Positions 38,976-49,300 of a stretch of DNA of 64,000 nucleotides are shown in pieces; position 1 is the stretch's first letter; each line of letters begins with the position of its first letter. The DNA comes from Candidatus Poribacteria bacterium. GTDB taxonomy: Bacteria > Poribacteria > WGA-4E > PCPOR2b. The stretch covers positions 4,384,001-4,448,000 of the forward strand of contig OZ220744.1 of assembly GCA_965116925.1 (NCBI GenBank), in the 5' to 3' direction. The position numbers were made by a program, and so were the translations under genes. The notes under the pieces were generated by a model, which was given only the letters and a program-made list of their open reading frames with translations, did not search any database and was not told the DNA's origin.

Positions 38976-39347
38976 TTGGCAGTACGAATTAGACTTCAGC
39001 GGCATGGAAAGAAAAGACGTCCTTTTTATCGGCTGGTGGCCGTTGACTCTCGAAGTCAAAGAGATGGACGTTTTATTGAGCGGATTGGGCATTATGATCC
39101 GATGACCGATCCGGCAAACATCGTAATTGACGCGGAAAAAGCATTAAAATGGTTGAGAACTGGTGCACAACCTTCTGACACAGCCAAGGATCTCATGTCA
39201 AAAGTTGGTGTTTGGGAACAGTTCATAAACGAAAAAGAGGGCCAGCCCACCTCAACTTTAGAAACACAGTCAACGCCTGCTTCAGAAGAAGGTTCCGAGG
39301 CAGCAGCATCCGCTTCTGCTGAAGAATCCGCAGAAGAAGCAAATTAA
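38976..39347 (+). CDS. rpsP: 30S ribosomal protein S16 with acidic C-terminal extension
   Basis: AVRIRLQRHG..RPFYR, RDGRFIE and GAQPSDT motifs; TTG start with AGGAGG RBS. Confidence 0.97.
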   Translation: MAVRIRLQRHGKKRRPFYRLVAVDSRSQRDGRFIERIGHYDPMTDPANIVIDAEKALKWLRTGAQPSDTAKDLMSKVGVWEQFINEKEGQPTSTLETQSTPASEEGSEAAASASAEESAEEAN

Positions 39348-39358
39348 TGTCTCGCGTA

Positions 39359-39431
39359 CAGACTTACGCACTTCAGCACAGTTGATGCGGGAAACCAGAT
39401 GCCCCGCCTACAGTTGGCTGCGTGGGTCCTA
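39359..39431. mobile_element. MITE-like shell with single REP
   Basis: GACTTACGCACTTCAGC...GCGGGAAACCAGATGCCCCGCCTAC...TGCGTGGGTCCTA; a relative of 55331-55442. Confidence 0.7.
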
Positions 39432-39463
39432 TTAGTGTAAAATTGCGTTTTTAGGGGGATCCT

Positions 39464-39715
39464 ATGCTCAAGGATTTGATTGAATATCTCGCAAAATCCC
39501 TCGTTGATTACCCAGATCAGGTCAGCGTCAACGAAGTCGAAGGTAACACTGTGACTATTCTCGAACTGAGCGTTGTCCCTGAAGATTTAGGAAAAGTCAT
39601 TGGGAAACAGGGGCGCACAGCCAAGGCAATGCGATCTCTGCTACTTGCTGCGGGAGTCAAAGCACGTAAAAAGGCAATACTTGAGATTGTCGAACACCGT
39701 CAAGCGGTAGAGTAA
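39464..39715 (+). CDS. khpA: KH-domain RNA-binding protein KhpA
   Basis: DLGKVIGKQGRTAKAMR motif; located after rpsP. Confidence 0.95.
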   Translation: MLKDLIEYLAKSLVDYPDQVSVNEVEGNTVTILELSVVPEDLGKVIGKQGRTAKAMRSLLLAAGVKARKKAILEIVEHRQAVE

Positions 39716-39762
39716 GCATTTGGAATCCTACCGGCTCACTATAACGAATGAGTGGGAGAGAT

Positions 39763-40170
39763 ATGGCTGTTATTGTCAAAAGACCTGTGATTTTGAAAAA
39801 TATTGTGACCGCTGCCTTCAAGGAGCAACTCACGCAGGAGTTAGAACACACGATTCGCCAGATTGAAACATGGCTGCAGCAAGAGGAGTTCCAAAGTCGA
39901 CGTTTGATTGCGGAAGCGCAAAAGCGAGATCCACGTCATGTAAATCAGTTGCGTGAAGAGATTCACCAAGAACGCGAAAAACAGGAGCAGGTGAAAAGCA
40001 ATCTCAGCCAGAAGTTAGCGCAGGTTAAGCAACTGGAGATCGATACCCTTTTTACCAGCGGAACGTATGATGCGCCTGTCAAAATTGAGGTAGGGGATGA
40101 CATCCGCGCCAAACTGTCTCAGGCAGAAATTATCGTCAAAGATGGAGTTGTCGTCCAGGTCATTGAATGA
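39763..40170 (+). CDS. ylqD: YlqD family protein
   Basis: [13 protein letters not shown], a coiled coil and VGDD...[10 protein letters not shown]; conserved position. Confidence 0.85.
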   Translation: MAVIVKRPVILKNIVTAAFKEQLTQELEHTIRQIETWLQQEEFQSRRLIAEAQKRDPRHVNQLREEIHQEREKQEQVKSNLSQKLAQVKQLEIDTLFTSGTYDAPVKIEVGDDIRAKLSQAEIIVKDGVVVQVIE

Positions 40171-40910
40171 GAATTGACATCATTACCATTTTTCCAGAGG
40201 TCATCCTGCCGGTATTGCAAGCTGGCATCTTGAGGCGTGCACAAGCGAGAGACATATTGGCAGTCAATGTTTACAACCTGCGCGACTTTACGACAGACCG
40301 CCACCAAACAGTTGATGACTACCCTTACGGGGGCGGCGCAGGCATGATTTTGAAACCGGAGCCGCTTTTCGCCGCGATCAGGGCACTGCATCCAGAATCA
40401 ACTGCGCGTGTTATTTACCTGACCCCACAAGGAACTCCCTTTAACCAGTCATGTGCTGAAGCCCTTTCTCTTGAAGCGCATCTAATCTTGATTTGTGGAC
40501 GCTACAAGGGCATTGATGAACGGGTACGAATGAAGCTAGTCACAGACGAGATTTCTATCGGTGATTATGTCCTCAGCGGTGGAGAAATTCCAGCACTGGT
40601 GCTCGTTGATGCGATTGGTCGAGTTTTGCCGCGGGCGTTGGGCAATTACGAATCAGCACAGGAGGATTCATTTAGCCAAGGCTTATTGGATTGTCCACAT
40701 TATACACGCCCTGCTGAGTTTGAGGGAATGAAGGTCCCCGATATTCTGTTGAGTGGGCACCATGAAAACATTACGCACTGGCAACACGAACAGTCTCTCA
40801 AGCGGACGGCTGAACGTCGTCCAGACTTGCTCGAAAACGTTGAGCTTTCGGCTGAAGATATTGCCTATCTAAAGTCTCGGAAGAATTCAGACATAAAGAG
40901 TCATGCGTAA
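40167..40910 (+). CDS. trmD: tRNA (guanine37-N1)-methyltransferase
   Basis: [33 protein letters not shown] and HYTRP motifs. Confidence 0.98.
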   Translation: MRIDIITIFPEVILPVLQAGILRRAQARDILAVNVYNLRDFTTDRHQTVDDYPYGGGAGMILKPEPLFAAIRALHPESTARVIYLTPQGTPFNQSCAEALSLEAHLILICGRYKGIDERVRMKLVTDEISIGDYVLSGGEIPALVLVDAIGRVLPRALGNYESAQEDSFSQGLLDCPHYTRPAEFEGMKVPDILLSGHHENITHWQHEQSLKRTAERRPDLLENVELSAEDIAYLKSRKNSDIKSHA

Positions 40911-41031
40911 AAGGTGAAGACCGGAAAACGGGACATGAAGCCACCTCGTTTTCTTAATATTCCCTATCTCCTGCTTATATCATGGGCAGTGTCAAGGCTA
41001 TAAACACCCGAATGAAAGGAGGAATCAAACA

Positions 41032-41391
41032 ATGAATCTTATTGAATCTGTTGAGAGCGAATATACGAAAACCGATATTCCTGACTTTGGGCCCGGGGAT
41101 CTCGTGCGGGTCAATACCCGTATCCGAGAGGGTTCAAAAGAACGTATCCAAGCCTATGAAGGAACGGTCATTCGACGATCTAACGGTGGGTTGAGTGAGA
41201 CATTTACCGTCCGTCGTGTTGCTTATGGCGAAGGGAGTGAAAGGACCTTTCCGGCGCATTCACCAAATATTGAAAGTATCCAAATTATTCGATACGGTGC
41301 CATCCGCCGAGCAAAACTGTACTACTTACGAGATCGAACCGGAAAAGGTATACGAATCCGTGAAAGGCGGCAAACCACCGATAACGCATAG
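41032..41391 (+). CDS. rplS: 50S ribosomal protein L19
   Basis: [20 protein letters not shown] and RRAKLYYLR motifs. Confidence 0.98.
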   Translation: MNLIESVESEYTKTDIPDFGPGDLVRVNTRIREGSKERIQAYEGTVIRRSNGGLSETFTVRRVAYGEGSERTFPAHSPNIESIQIIRYGAIRRAKLYYLRDRTGKGIRIRERRQTTDNA

Positions 41392-41995
41392 AGGGAACTA
41401 TCCAGCGGAAATACAACAGTTTGAACAAACCTTACGACAGCAGGGCTATCAGCGTATCGCGGGGATTGACGAGGCTGGACGAGGCGCATTAGCGGGTCCT
41501 GTTGTCGCAGCAGCGGTTGTTCTTCCTATCAATTGTCAGATTTCAGGTGTGACAGACTCAAAACAGCTGACTCCTAAACGGCGGGCTGAACTGTTCGACG
41601 AGATCTACCGCACAGCTGTGGCGGTGGGTGTGGGTCGTGTTGATAATGAGGAGATTGATCGAATCAATATTCTCCAAGCCACAATGGGTGCGATGGCTCA
41701 AGCTATTACACAAATCACACCTGCCCCGGATTACGCCCTTGTGGATGGTACACATCTTCCTGAAATCTCTTTACTCGCCGAAGCAATTCCAAAGGGCGAT
41801 ACTCTTATCCAGTCTATTGCCGCCGCCTCGATTATTGCAAAAGTCACGCGAGATCGCCTGATGATAGCACTCGATGAAACCTATCCGGGCTACGGTTTCC
41901 CAGTCCACAAAGGATACGGTACACTTCTGCATCGTCAGGCAATCGCCCAACTTGGACCTTGCCCTATCCATCGGCGCAGCTTTAAGCTACAGTAA
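41360..41995 (+). CDS. rnhB: Ribonuclease HII (start uncertain)
   Basis: [24 protein letters not shown] and [14 protein letters not shown] motifs. The nearest in-frame canonical start is the GTG at 41360, inside rplS. Confidence 0.93.
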   Translation: MKGGKPPITHRGNYPAEIQQFEQTLRQQGYQRIAGIDEAGRGALAGPVVAAAVVLPINCQISGVTDSKQLTPKRRAELFDEIYRTAVAVGVGRVDNEEIDRINILQATMGAMAQAITQITPAPDYALVDGTHLPEISLLAEAIPKGDTLIQSIAAASIIAKVTRDRLMIALDETYPGYGFPVHKGYGTLLHRQAIAQLGPCPIHRRSFKLQ

Positions 41996-41996
41996 G

Positions 41997-42377
41997 ATGA
42001 GCGATTCCAGAATTAAGGTGGGAAAGATCGGCGAAGCCCTTGCCATCGAACACTTCAAAGCGCGAGGGTATCAAATTCGCGCTCAGAACTATCGCACGCG
42101 TTCAGGTGAGATTGACCTTATCGTTCAACGCGGAAAACGGGTTGTGTTCGTTGAAGTCAAGACGCGGCGGAGCAGCAAATTCGGCATACCACAAGCGGCT
42201 GTTACCCCCACCAAACAGAGGCAAATCTCTAAGATTGCGCTGAGTTATCTGCAAACGCACAAGCTCTTAGATGTCCCCTGCCAATTCGACGTTGTTGCAA
42301 TTGTCCTGTCTTGGAATTTTGAGCTAATCAAACTTCAGCACATTGAAAATGCGTTTGCGTTCTGTGCTGATGGATGA
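41997..42377 (+). CDS. yraN: YraN (UPF0102) family protein
   Basis: G..GE..A, NYR...GEIDLI, FVEVKTR and FDVV motifs. Confidence 0.93.
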   Translation: MSDSRIKVGKIGEALAIEHFKARGYQIRAQNYRTRSGEIDLIVQRGKRVVFVEVKTRRSSKFGIPQAAVTPTKQRQISKIALSYLQTHKLLDVPCQFDVVAIVLSWNFELIKLQHIENAFAFCADG

Positions 42378-42400
42378 TGAACCCTAACAATTTCGGAAAC

Positions 42401-43261
42401 CTATTTCGTGCCTAAACTGGATAGTATATTCCGAAGGTAAACGGCATCCTCTTCCGCCCACTGCTCCAGATTCGGCGGGGTGGTCTCCGCATATCCTACC
42501 TGACGAATAATCGATTCATCGAAGCGGTACTCCGTATGCACCGTTAGGGGACCATCAAAGCCGCTTTCGCACAGAAGCCCCAAATAACGCCCCCAATCGA
42601 CACCCCCGTCTCCCATTTTTACGAAACAGGGAACATAAGGGGGAGTATGATCCGGCTGCGAGAGGTAGAGGGCATCTTTAATTCCGACAACGGACAGATA
42701 ATCTCCGATCATCGCCAACCCCATTGCCCAATCCTCACCATCAAGAAGAAGGTGACCGGGATCGGGATAGGCACCGACGTGCTGCGGATCAAAACCTCTA
42801 ATGAGGTGCATCAGTCCTGCACAGTTTGATCCAATACAGGCTCCGCTATGAATCTGATAGCAGGTTTGTACCCCATATTTCTCACTAAACGCGCTAAACC
42901 CCTCAAGTTCCCTACGCGCAGCATCAATCACCTGCCAATAATCGTCTCCCTCGTTAAACCGCCAGAATCCGATTTTGAGGCGCGGGATGCCCGCTTCTGC
43001 ACACGCAGCGTATAGCCCCTCCACCTCTGGCGCATTCGGATTTGTTATATCCGTCGCTGCTGTAGCCAATGGACAGGTGAGGTTTTGCCCACCCCAGACC
43101 TTCATCGCTTTGGGGAGTTCTTTAATTACGTTGTCAACGTGGATAGGGTGTCCCGGACGGACACAGATATCCACCCCATCGTAGCCGAGTTCAATAGTTT
43201 TCTCACCAAGTTGTTCGACAGATAGCTCCGTAAAGAATTTAGAATTGAGTACGATTTCCAT
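42401..43261 (-). CDS. Sugar phosphate isomerase/epimerase (TIM barrel)
   Basis: LGYDGVDICVRPG, DPGH, IKD and GFDGPLTVHTEY motifs. Confidence 0.85.
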   Translation of the reverse strand: MEIVLNSKFFTELSVEQLGEKTIELGYDGVDICVRPGHPIHVDNVIKELPKAMKVWGGQNLTCPLATAATDITNPNAPEVEGLYAACAEAGIPRLKIGFWRFNEGDDYWQVIDAARRELEGFSAFSEKYGVQTCYQIHSGACIGSNCAGLMHLIRGFDPQHVGAYPDPGHLLLDGEDWAMGLAMIGDYLSVVGIKDALYLSQPDHTPPYVPCFVKMGDGGVDWGRYLGLLCESGFDGPLTVHTEYRFDESIIRQVGYAETTPPNLEQWAEEDAVYLRNILSSLGTK

Positions 43262-43331
43262 TTAGACTTCCTCCTGACCGAGGTATTGAAGATTCATTCG
43301 TTTTCGGTTAGACCTAATGTGCTTTGCCCTT

Positions 43332-43410
43332 CGCTCCAGAGGAGCGATATATCTATAGAACGTTGATAGGTCCGATACCTGCGCTCCAGAGGAGCGCAAT
43401 ATATATGTAT
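43332..43410 (-). repeat. Tandem doublet of short GC hairpins with CTATA-type flank
   Basis: CGCTCC-AGA-GGAGCG twice at a 50-bp period, each followed by an AT-rich tail ending TATAG. Confidence 0.75.
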
Positions 43411-43451
43411 AGCAGCTGTCAGCGGATTGGATTTCTATGATCTAAGTCGAT

Positions 43452-45026
43452 CTAATCGTGGTTGAAATGCTTGCCCGGAAGATACTTAATTTCTAACTCA
43501 ACATCGCGGACGTAACACTGAGGGGTTACATCAGGATCGCGTTCTAGTAGCATAACTTCAAGGACGTTGTTCCCTTTTTGGGGCCAGTGGCTTGGGTTAA
43601 GCCGGTAGATGAACCAGTAGCCTGAACCGGTGCGGTAACGCGGTGCCCGCATCCGGTACATCTCGTTGATTTTGCACAGCAGATGGGTCGGTAACTCCAC
43701 ACCGTTGAGTTGAAAGCGCAGCTGGTCGTTTTCGGTGGTGTTCATGATTCGCACGCGCAGGAGAACCTCGTGGACTCTGCCCACCTGCTCCCACCGAGGA
43801 AGGTCATCGCTGATTGTCAGTGCCAACTGGACGGGTACGTTTACCTCTAAGTCGGCAGGCAGTTGCGATGTGAGTTCCGGACTCGAAAAGCGACCGGCTA
43901 CTGTGGGGATATGATAGAATTTATCCTTGGGTGCCATAATATCCGGATGTGGCAACTCTCGGAGTTTTTCGTAGAACGAAGCCTCATAGGGCCAATTTGT
44001 GAACCACTGACTGATGTAGAGTCCATCAATGCCTTGTGCCCAGTAATTACAAGCCGCGGCGCGGATCATTTCAATTGACGCTTCACCCAAACGGTCAGAG
44101 TCTACATTGCTATCAATAGCAGCATGGATGCGGCACTCTGTCCCTTTGGCAGACTCCACCAAGAAACGGAGGTCATCAAGGAGGGGTGCTTCATAGGTCA
44201 GGGAAGTGCCGTTGGGATCGCGCAGCTCAGGTCTTGCAAGTGCTTGGGCGATGAGAACATCCACGATGCCTTGCTGCATCCATTCCTGTGGGTCCAACCC
44301 GCGAGACAAACAGGTCTCGACATTCGATGGGATGCTGATTGCCAATTCCCGCTCGGAGCCACTCTCCTTTACTGTTGCATAGACCTTTTTAATCCACTCG
44401 GTCATGATTTGACGACCCTCCTCCACTTCATCTGGGTGGAAGTAGTGGGGCCAGAAATTGAATTGGAGCTCGAATCCATCGACTTCATAGTTGGTCAGCA
44501 CCTCTGAGATGAGCGCGAATCGTTCATCACGGACAGCTTGGTGCATGAAATCGGCGCAGTGGATACCGGGGAAATCAGGGTCTATGTTACCCGTCGCGCC
44601 AATCTCCAGATGCTTATTATCCAATCGAAAATCCGAGCTGCGAATATCGTACCCCGGTCCCCCTCGCTCGCCGCTCTCTAGCTGCATCAGCAGGGTGGGA
44701 TAGAACAGTAATCCCACATCGTGGGCACGGTCACAGATTATCCGCAAAGGATCGTTACCTTCTTGGATTAAGTGCAGCGCGTTTTGGTATGTCCGACGAA
44801 AGATGAGATGGTTCCATTTTTGGACATTGTGCCCCCATAGCTCACCGACCTCCGTATCATGTAGGACTGTTCGCCCGTCCCCCAAGCAGAACATCAGTGC
44901 CTCAACGGGAGTGCCAGCTAGCTCATCAACTGCTGCCTCGCACTCCTCTTTCTGCATCGCAGGCTCGTACATGTAAAGAAGCGGATGCCGTCCATCGTGG
45001 TAGAACATGATGCGTGGTTTTTGCAT
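43452..45026 (-). CDS. Hypothetical protein, glycoside-hydrolase-like TIM barrel plus beta-sandwich
   Basis: DFMHQAVRDERFALISE..NYEVDGFELQF and GIDGLY patterns; no confident family assignment. Confidence 0.6.
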   Translation of the reverse strand: MQKPRIMFYHDGRHPLLYMYEPAMQKEECEAAVDELAGTPVEALMFCLGDGRTVLHDTEVGELWGHNVQKWNHLIFRRTYQNALHLIQEGNDPLRIICDRAHDVGLLFYPTLLMQLESGERGGPGYDIRSSDFRLDNKHLEIGATGNIDPDFPGIHCADFMHQAVRDERFALISEVLTNYEVDGFELQFNFWPHYFHPDEVEEGRQIMTEWIKKVYATVKESGSERELAISIPSNVETCLSRGLDPQEWMQQGIVDVLIAQALARPELRDPNGTSLTYEAPLLDDLRFLVESAKGTECRIHAAIDSNVDSDRLGEASIEMIRAAACNYWAQGIDGLYISQWFTNWPYEASFYEKLRELPHPDIMAPKDKFYHIPTVAGRFSSPELTSQLPADLEVNVPVQLALTISDDLPRWEQVGRVHEVLLRVRIMNTTENDQLRFQLNGVELPTHLLCKINEMYRMRAPRYRTGSGYWFIYRLNPSHWPQKGNNVLEVMLLERDPDVTPQCYVRDVELEIKYLPGKHFNHD

Positions 45027-45151
45027 GGCGGATTCCTTTGTTTGAGATAACTGATTTTGGGGTCATGATTATGGATTCCTATTTTGCCACGAGATTCTTC
45101 TGAAAGTCAAGAAGATACTCGTATCAGATTAGAGGAATTGTATCTATATTG

Positions 45152-45192
45152 TCTGAATCGCGGATTCGGCGGATTGAACGGATTACACGGAT
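45152..45192 (+). repeat. 9-bp tandem repeat (CGGATT core)
   Basis: CGCGGATTCGGCGGATTGAACGGATTACACGGAT. Confidence 0.6.
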
Positions 45193-45459
45193 AAAAGACT
45201 GCTTCGACAACCCCGATAAATCGGGCTGCAAAGCCATCTGAATCACAACTTAAACTGATGATATTATTTCGGCAGTTGGGTTTATGAGCACCCCTCAAAT
45301 GAATAGCCCTATGTATCACTTTCTTTTAGGTTCTCTTTTCTGACTGATTCTTGCTATAATTTACTTTACTGTTGGTGGAAGACAAGGTGGAATCAAATTT
45401 GAAGGAATACAGCACTATTGGTGAGGATGTTAAATTACATGGGTGAAAGGAGTGTTATC

Positions 45460-46866
45460 ATGATCGATCAGCAGTACCTTCTCAATGACGAAGGGGTACA
45501 GAACTTCATTAAGAATGGGTATATCACAGTCCATCCTGATTTACCCGACCTCCATGAAGAAATCTACCGAGAGACTGCAGCAATCTTTGAGAAAGAGGGA
45601 GATCCGCGGAATCATATCCTTCAAAAAGTTCCTGCGCTGCATCAGGTTTTTGCCCATCCGACTGTTCGGGGTGTCTTGACTAGTCTTCTGGGACCGAATT
45701 ACATGATGCACCCACACCGTCACGCACATATGAAGCAGCCGGGACAAAAGGGCGGTGCTTGGCATCAGGACGGTAGATCGAAACATTTCACGACGAAGGA
45801 TCATGGATGGCTTTTTGAATGGAGGCGACACCATCGGTTTCGGTCTGTTTGGGCATGGTATTATCCGCAGGAGGTCACTGAGGATATGGGACCGACGGCG
45901 GTTATACCGGGGGTGCAGTACTACGATTTGGAAAGTATGCGGCACTACAACAATGCCTACAGCGATCCGGAGATTGGTGCGCTGCTTTGTGGAAAGGCGG
46001 GCACGATAACGATTGGTCATTACCATCAGTGGCACAGCAGTTGGGGAACGAATCACAGCAACAAGAATCGGTACATGATCAAGTTTCTCCTCACCCGCAC
46101 GGAAGAGCCGCAACAGCCCTCTTGGAATGCAAATGGCATTACCTCAACAGTGGTCAGCGAAGCACCGACGCCCGGTCAGGAAGCGGTGTGGAACCATGTA
46201 TGGGGTTGGTTAAATGGAGGGGATGACGCGATGGCAAGAAATGGGGGCAGGAATGGCAATCACATCTCTGAGTTGACTGGTATGTTGCGTGATGCCTCTG
46301 CGCCCGTTCGTCTGAACGCCGTTTATGCCCTCGGTGCGGTTGGTGAGTCTGCGGTCGATCCGCTGATAGAAACACTACGGGGGGCTGCTGAACCCGTTGA
46401 GATTACGGAGGAGCCTATCCTGACCCACGCAGCGTATGCCTTGAGCGCAATCGGGGCAGCCGCTGTTCCTGGACTAACTTCTGTGTTGAACAGCGATACG
46501 GCGTGGTGGGTACGTGCGACCGCAGCGGATACCTTAGGAGACATCGGTCAACCGGCTGCGGAGGCGGTTCCCACGTTGATTCAGGCTCTCAATGATCCGT
46601 CCGAGTGGGTCCGTCGCAATGCGGTGAATGCACTAGGGACTATTGGTGAAGGGACAGAGGCGTTGATAACGGCTTTGAAGGATGACCATCCGTTGGTTCG
46701 CTGCAATGCGGTGAATGCGTTAGCTCGGAGGTGTAAAGGGACCGATGAAAGCATTGACGCCGCTAGCCGTGCATTATCAACGGTGATGTATGACGACGAG
46801 TACGCTATCATCCGCGAGTACGCGATTGCTGCGTTAGAAGAGATAGATTCACACGTTCGCAATTAA
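45460..46866 (+). CDS. PhyH-family dioxygenase fused to HEAT repeats
   Basis: WHQD, MGPTAVIPG, WH and RYM motifs; C-terminal VRLNAVYALG, VRATAADTLG and VRRNAVNALG repeats; AAGGAG RBS. Confidence 0.88.
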   Translation: MIDQQYLLNDEGVQNFIKNGYITVHPDLPDLHEEIYRETAAIFEKEGDPRNHILQKVPALHQVFAHPTVRGVLTSLLGPNYMMHPHRHAHMKQPGQKGGAWHQDGRSKHFTTKDHGWLFEWRRHHRFRSVWAWYYPQEVTEDMGPTAVIPGVQYYDLESMRHYNNAYSDPEIGALLCGKAGTITIGHYHQWHSSWGTNHSNKNRYMIKFLLTRTEEPQQPSWNANGITSTVVSEAPTPGQEAVWNHVWGWLNGGDDAMARNGGRNGNHISELTGMLRDASAPVRLNAVYALGAVGESAVDPLIETLRGAAEPVEITEEPILTHAAYALSAIGAAAVPGLTSVLNSDTAWWVRATAADTLGDIGQPAAEAVPTLIQALNDPSEWVRRNAVNALGTIGEGTEALITALKDDHPLVRCNAVNALARRCKGTDESIDAASRALSTVMYDDEYAIIREYAIAALEEIDSHVRN

Positions 46867-47447
46867 TCATTTTCTAAGAGACCACCGGCGTCCAGTACGC
46901 GCCAGAAGGTGTAGTCCGCGTGGTGGACAATTGTGTTCTCCAAGCTGCGGACGACTAACTCGCCCTCACCCGAATGTGCACCCGCTGTATGTGCGACGGC
47001 TTCAGGAAGCCCGACGGTCAAGCAGACGTGGACACCGTAGCCCGGATGCCGAATTGATGGGAACCCGGCAGCCCCCGGTGATTCTCGCCAGCGGGCTTGG
47101 TTTTCTGGATCAAATTCCCACGGCTTGCCCACATCGTGGCACAACGCACAGGCAATCAGGAGGTCCCGATCCACTTCAAGTTCAGGAAACATCGCCGTCA
47201 GTTCGTCGTAGGTTCGCATTGCAAGCAGTGTGACCCCGCGGATATGGTGGGTCTGTGTCCCTCGCTTGAGCGGTGGTGTGTCTGGATTGCCCGATGCACG
47301 AATTTCGTCGATGGATTTGAATGAGCTTTTTCCTAGGGAGTAAGCCCACGCATCAATAACCTGATTCCGCAATGTTTCGTCGCCGATCTCGTTCACTTCG
47401 GGCAACGAGCGGATGACCGATTGTCGTAACTCTTCGGAAATTTGCAT
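46863..47447 (-). CDS. HD-domain metal-dependent phosphohydrolase
   Basis: H...ALCHDVGK, RH, HS and HHAD motifs. Confidence 0.9.
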   Translation of the reverse strand: MQISEELRQSVIRSLPEVNEIGDETLRNQVIDAWAYSLGKSSFKSIDEIRASGNPDTPPLKRGTQTHHIRGVTLLAMRTYDELTAMFPELEVDRDLLIACALCHDVGKPWEFDPENQARWRESPGAAGFPSIRHPGYGVHVCLTVGLPEAVAHTAGAHSGEGELVVRSLENTIVHHADYTFWRVLDAGGLLEND

Positions 47448-47534
47448 AGTTTTCTCCTATAGAAGTCGTTAGATTCTGTTGACATTTCATCCCAATCAGA
47501 TAGTCGCGAGGTGTGTACAGATACATGGTCCTTC

Positions 47535-47647
47535 GTAGGGGTTGGATTTCCCAACCCTTTTCCGAAATCGACGTTTCGGTGTCGAGATATGAATCCCGAC
47601 CTACAGTCAATTGCATTAGTCAATGGGCGAGGGGACCTCGCCCCTAC
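47535..47647. repeat. Mosaic of three different GTAG-type REP hairpins
   Basis: GTAGGGGTTGGATTTCCCAACCC; GTCGAGATATGAATCCCGACCTAC; GGGCGAGGGGACCTCGCCCCTAC. Confidence 0.75.
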
Positions 47648-47665
47648 GATTATGGACATTTTTAC

Positions 47666-49300
47666 TCAAAACATGGAAAAGTCGATTTCCTTTGCTGTGA
47701 TAAATTCCAATAAGGTTGGAACCCCTTCCTCTGTTTTCTGGATTCCGCGTTTGATGGCAGGTATAATCTGGTCAGGGGTTTCCACCCGCTCACCGTAGCC
47801 ACCGAATGCCTTTGCCATGTCAGCGTAGTTTCCGGATATATCTGTGCTGCGGTATTTCTCAGTGGAAAGCTGCATAATCGGCAATTCAATTGCCATGGAG
47901 AAGTTGTTGAACAGGACTGACAGGATGGGGATACCCGCTCTGACAGCGGTCTCGAAATCCATGCCGGTGAAACCGATGGCAGCATCCCCCCAGATGTTGA
48001 CGCACAGCTTGTTTGGCTCCGCCAACTTCGCGCCCATCATCAGTCCAAGTCCATATCCCAGTTGCGTGGTTTTGCCCCAGCCGATATAGGAGAGCGGCGT
48101 GGTCGATTCCCAGAAGGGTGAAAGTTGGTCGCGCGGACTTCCGGCGTCGTGGGTGATGATGGTGTTTGCCACATCCACAGTGGCCATCAGATCCCGAATT
48201 ACCCGGTAGGGGGAGAGGGGAACCTCGTCAGAGGTTAGTTTGGGATTCCACTGTGATAGCCATTCCTGCCTGACCGTTTGAATCTCCTGTGTCACACTTT
48301 CACGGCGGCCTCGTGGGGTGCCGTTTAGACGCCCGCGAATTTCATCGACTAACGCCTCCAGTGTCAGTCGAGCGTCCCCAATCAAAGCATGTTCCACGGC
48401 TACATCTTTGTTGAGATCCGCCGCATCCAACGTGGCATGAATAATTGTTTTGCCTTTTGGTATGGTTGGTGCGTAGTTGGTGATGCTGAAGCTGCACCCA
48501 ATCCCGAAAATGACATCTGCATTTTGCAGGAAGTGGTGCACAGGTTTCGGCAGGGATCGACCACCGGAGCCGAGGGACAGGGGATGGTTTTCAGGGAAAG
48601 CACTCTTGCCGCCGAGACTGGTGGTCGTGGGTGCCTCCAAGAGCTCCGCGAGTTCTCTTAAAGCGTCCCACCCTTTGGCGTAGTGGACACCTTGACCTGC
48701 GTATAGCACGGGTCGTTCCGCCTCCAGCAAGACGCTGGCAATCTTTGGAATCTCATTCGGGTCTGGTGCGGTGCCCGAAACCGGGGCGGGTTGGTAGTTC
48801 AAGGGTTCAGACAGTTCCTCCGGTAATACATCGTTGGGAAATTCCACCAACGCCGGACGCGGTCTGCCGTTCTTTACCTGAGTAAAGGCGCGTCTCAGGG
48901 CATCGGGTGCTGCCTGCGGTAGGATGACCTGCTCGCAGGACTTGGTAACATTCTGGAAGTTGAGGAAGGAATTGAAGTTGGGAGGAACATTGGTCAAGGA
49001 ACGCGAATAGCCCATTGGCAATACCACGATTGGCACTGAGTCGCCATAAGCCTGCGCGACGCCACCGAAGGCGTTTTCCGAGCCGGGACCGCTCTGCATA
49101 CAAAACACCCCGATCCGTTCGCCGGACGATACACGACTAAACGCATCTGCCATGTGAAGCCCGATACGTTCTTGACGGACGATGATTGGGCGGATTCCTA
49201 CGGCGGCAGCGGCATCGATGATTGGATTGACCGGATAGGCAAATAGGTATTCCACACCTTCTGCCTTCAAAATGTGAGCAACAGCATCAGCAACTTTCAT
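47666..49300 (-). CDS. Thiamine diphosphate-dependent enzyme (acetolactate synthase-like superfamily)
   Basis: MKVADAVAHILKAEGV, RQER, SGPG and GDAA...NN ThDP motif. The likely start is the ATG at 49300; the ORF-track extension lies inside an IS derivative. Confidence 0.9.
   Translation of the reverse strand: MKVADAVAHILKAEGVEYLFAYPVNPIIDAAAAVGIRPIIVRQERIGLHMADAFSRVSSGERIGVFCMQSGPGSENAFGGVAQAYGDSVPIVVLPMGYSRSLTNVPPNFNSFLNFQNVTKSCEQVILPQAAPDALRRAFTQVKNGRPRPALVEFPNDVLPEELSEPLNYQPAPVSGTAPDPNEIPKIASVLLEAERPVLYAGQGVHYAKGWDALRELAELLEAPTTTSLGGKSAFPENHPLSLGSGGRSLPKPVHHFLQNADVIFGIGCSFSITNYAPTIPKGKTIIHATLDAADLNKDVAVEHALIGDARLTLEALVDEIRGRLNGTPRGRRESVTQEIQTVRQEWLSQWNPKLTSDEVPLSPYRVIRDLMATVDVANTIITHDAGSPRDQLSPFWESTTPLSYIGWGKTTQLGYGLGLMMGAKLAEPNKLCVNIWGDAAIGFTGMDFETAVRAGIPILSVLFNNFSMAIELPIMQLSTEKYRSTDISGNYADMAKAFGGYGERVETPDQIIPAIKRGIQKTEEGVPTLLEFITAKEIDFSMF

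Noticed and set aside
41195..41359. Long N-terminal extension of RnhB
   Set aside because: It overlaps the conserved core of rplS in another frame and does not look like RNase HII.
45280..45312. Other single TA-bounded intergenic motifs (also near 3560-3582, 37030-37050, 37309-37338) as further MITE ends
   Set aside because: Each occurs once in the window with no partner end, so they cannot be supported.
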